The position numbers and the translations under genes were made by a program. The notes under the pieces are model-generated. The model worked only from the letters and a program-made list of their open reading frames with translations, ran no database searches and was not told the origin of the DNA. Of a stretch of 64,000 bases of DNA, positions 61,590 to 64,000 are shown in pieces. The DNA comes from Lepidodermella squamata (lineage: Eukaryota > Animalia > Gastrotricha). The stretch lies in assembly GCA_047495785.1 (NCBI GenBank), contig JBLDXI010000029.1, forward strand, positions 2,728,001-2,792,000, in the 5' to 3' direction. Numbering within the stretch: the first letter of the stretch is position 1; every line of letters begins with the position of its first letter.

Positions 61590-62188
61590 GGTAAATATAT
61601 TCCGTTTCCTTTCTGAAACAATGTTGGTAAAAAAGTACCTAATAAACTAGCTATTAGTGGCAATACGAATGCACCACCATTTTGTTCTATGTTTTTCTCT
61701 GTTGCCAGTTTTGATCCACCTGGTAAAATATTTTTGTTCTCTAAAAGATCAATATACCTAATTATCTCTTGCATATCCTTTCTTGGAATATTGATGCTGA
61801 TACTTTCTTTTAATCCATTTCCTACAAGTTTATTACCAATCGCATTAGCAGCTGAATTTACTAAACCAGATACTGCAGATATCGCTAATGGAGCAGCAAT
61901 GGACCCAACCTTTGCTAAAATTGGTAATAGAGGAATCATACCACCTGATTGATTCTTTTTTAACTGAGAAATGCTAAATTTTATTTCTACTCCTAAATTC
62001 TTTGCTTTATTTTTTTCTATTTTATTAATCTGCGATTTCGTAAGAAGCACTTTATTCAAATTATTTATTGAATGGATATCTTTTTTACTTATTTGTAAGG
62101 TGATACTTTTATTGTTGTTAATTGCAGACTGTACTTTTTGAATTTGACCATCAGACAGGGGAATTTCGTATTCAAAATATTTACTCAT
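61571..62188 (-). CDS. Putative virion core protein precursor (adenovirus pX-like segments)
   Basis: Two GG-hydrophobic segments (QSGGMIPLLPIL, QNGGAFVLPLIASLLG) and adenain-type sites LVGN/G and LPGG/S. Confidence 0.55.
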   Translation of the reverse strand: MSKYFEYEIPLSDGQIQKVQSAINNNKSITLQISKKDIHSINNLNKVLLTKSQINKIEKNKAKNLGVEIKFSISQLKKNQSGGMIPLLPILAKVGSIAAPLAISAVSGLVNSAANAIGNKLVGNGLKESISINIPRKDMQEIIRYIDLLENKNILPGGSKLATEKNIEQNGGAFVLPLIASLLGTFLPTLFQKGNGIYLPWESKN

Positions 62189-62213
62189 TTTATTAGAAGA
62201 CTAGATTTTCTAT

Positions 62214-63593
62214 TCACAGACTACGCAGTGATATATCCAGAGTTCCATTCTTGTAATTGAAAGATATTTCTTTTTCACGTTCAATAAAACTATAAATTAC
62301 TAATGGTTTATTAACTGCTCCAACAGTAGCTTTGAAAACAATTGAACAAGTATTATCAGCTCGTGAATTATATATTGAACTTGCATCGATATCATTTAGA
62401 TTGAAACATAAGATTCTATACAAGTTGCAGAAATCAAGATAAGAAATTTGTGTTCCTATATTCAAACTTTCTCTATCGCCCGTTTGCGACATATTCTGTT
62501 TTATATTTTGATATAGTTTATGAGCTTTCAATGAATTGAAACTAACATTTGATTCATTAAAAGCTTCCTTATTATTAATCAATAAAGAATATGAAGTAAT
62601 GTTCCATATGTTGTATATCTGGTTTAATTTTTTAGGCATTTCAGTATCAGTATAATCTGGAATTAATACTAAATAAATATAACTAGGCTTTTTTATCTCA
62701 GTTGAAACCGTCCATTGAATATTCTGAATATTATTTGCAAATTGCTGTGATTGGAATGGTTCAATCGACATCCATTTATGAACTTTTGAAAATCCTGAAT
62801 TAAATTTCTCCAGAACTTCCAACTTATTTTTATTCATGAGCGTAACTTCAGGTATCATCAAATTTGCTTTCGATATTTTATATGTCATGCCAGCAGTTTC
62901 ACCTGTAGCAGCATCGGCAATAACATAAATTAAACTTTTATTGTAATTTGGGGTTAATATAATTCTAAATCTTGATTTAGTGAAAATGCCGTTGAATGAA
63001 TTGAAAAATGGTAAATCTTTCAAGAACAAAGTACATATCAATTGGTTACTTTTTACAAATGAATTCCTTACAATAAGACCATGATTTGCAGTAGCTTTGG
63101 ATCCATCAAATGAATCAGCTGTTACATCTTCGCTAAGTGTTCTTGTTGCTCTTGGTAATGGACAATCTCTAGAGAATAAAGATTCTTCTCCATACGTCTC
63201 AGCATATTCTTTACTCCATTTTAACAAGAAGTTGATATTTGCCCAATGTTCGGTGAATCTCAATTCTTCAATTTTATGATCGCTGTCTGATATCTGAATT
63301 TCAACAGATTCGAATAAACTTAGTACATGATTACGAATAGCGTATTTATCAGTAGCTGCAAAATCCTTAGCATTATTTCTAACAAAGTGTAATTGGAATT
63401 CAATATATCCTTCACGAACTAATAGAAAATTATCTTTCAAGTTGATTGTGGAAAATATCAATTTATTTGGTTGGCTCTGACTATCCTGAATGAAATTCTG
63501 CGCGGGAGTTTCAGTCCATACCTTCTTCTCAAATAATCTATCATCAATTTCAGTAGTTTCAAAAATATTGTTTATTATTTCCTGTTGTAACAT
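62214..63593 (-). CDS. Putative double jelly-roll major capsid protein
   Basis: 459 aa, beta-rich, adjacent to the protease; KPSYIYL and ISYLDFCNLYRILCFNL resemble Polinton capsid motifs. Confidence 0.75.
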   Translation of the reverse strand: MLQQEIINNIFETTEIDDRLFEKKVWTETPAQNFIQDSQSQPNKLIFSTINLKDNFLLVREGYIEFQLHFVRNNAKDFAATDKYAIRNHVLSLFESVEIQISDSDHKIEELRFTEHWANINFLLKWSKEYAETYGEESLFSRDCPLPRATRTLSEDVTADSFDGSKATANHGLIVRNSFVKSNQLICTLFLKDLPFFNSFNGIFTKSRFRIILTPNYNKSLIYVIADAATGETAGMTYKISKANLMIPEVTLMNKNKLEVLEKFNSGFSKVHKWMSIEPFQSQQFANNIQNIQWTVSTEIKKPSYIYLVLIPDYTDTEMPKKLNQIYNIWNITSYSLLINNKEAFNESNVSFNSLKAHKLYQNIKQNMSQTGDRESLNIGTQISYLDFCNLYRILCFNLNDIDASSIYNSRADNTCSIVFKATVGAVNKPLVIYSFIEREKEISFNYKNGTLDISLRSL

Positions 63594-63607
63594 TTTTTAC
63601 TGTATAA

Positions 63608-63919
63608 CTAGATTTTCTTAAATCCTTCACCGACGACTTTACCAGAACTATAATTAGCAATCTCTTTTTTAATTTTATTTTCCAATTCTTCAATGGCTTT
63701 TATATTTTGTTTTGGATCAGGAATTAATTTTTCAGTAATAGTATCTGCTACGTAATTTCCCAATTTATCACCTACTGTTTCACTTCCAGATTTCAAAGCA
63801 GATTTTAATAAAGACTGAACTGGTTCTCTACCTATGCTAATTAATTTCCCTAGTAATTGCCTACTCACATCAGCAAATCCTCTACCCTGAATATAAACTT
63901 TTTTAGATTTCTGTTTCAT
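63608..63919 (-). CDS. Small basic putative core protein (pVII-like)
   Basis: Basic N-terminus and adenain consensus IQGR/G followed by an amphipathic helix. Confidence 0.5.
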   Translation of the reverse strand: MKQKSKKVYIQGRGFADVSRQLLGKLISIGREPVQSLLKSALKSGSETVGDKLGNYVADTITEKLIPDPKQNIKAIEELENKIKKEIANYSSGKVVGEGFKKI

Positions 63920-64000
63920 TTTATTATCAAACTAGAAATTTCATAAAATGTGCTCGAAGCTGTTGCTTCAAGCAATGTTTATAAAGCTTTGCTTTATAAA

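Larger units (their letters stand above)
59744..63936 (-). promoter_or_regulatory. Repeated WWWTCTAGT motif upstream of Polinton ORFs
   Basis: actaga on the + strand at 59744, 60476, 61133, 62200, 63607 and 63931, each 11-13 nt from the ATG. Confidence 0.8.
58535..64000 (-). mobile_element. Polinton/Maverick (adintovirus-like) endogenous virus: terminus and structural module, continuing beyond the window
   Basis: AGTAGT terminus at 58535; AT-rich, intronless, tightly packed co-oriented ORFs including adenain protease and a capsid-sized ORF. Confidence 0.88.

Noticed and set aside
274-63279. Numerous short antisense or alternative-start ORFs in the track
   Set aside because: They are shadows of real genes or repeats, many begin at GTG/TTG, and none has independent support

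Overview
Eukaryotic, probably invertebrate metazoan, genomic DNA with compact 51-58 nt GT-AG introns and many transposon relics. Three host gene sets are present. (1) A tandem array of three-exon genes encoding signal peptide + two LamG/concanavalin-A (pentraxin-like) domains + GPI-type tail: five intact reading frames (one lacking its anchor tail), one copy broken by an inverted triplication, and two relics, with hypervariable loops and patchwork sequence exchange. (2) An unannotated family of four-exon secreted Cys/Thr-rich proteins: two intact genes reconstructed by hand and one relic. (3) A fucosyltransferase-superfamily gene carrying an in-frame stop and an insertion. Mobile DNA includes CR1/L2-like, RTE and RLE-type non-LTR elements, MULE, P, gypsy and Helitron fragments and many MITEs. 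From 58535 to the window end lies the terminus and structural module of an apparently intact Polinton/Maverick (adintovirus-like) endogenous virus: capsid, adenain protease, core-like proteins, VLTF3-like factor, fibre-like and membrane-active proteins. Six of its eight ORFs carry TCTAGT 11-13 nt upstream of the ATG. All family assignments come from motif recognition by eye; no database search was run.
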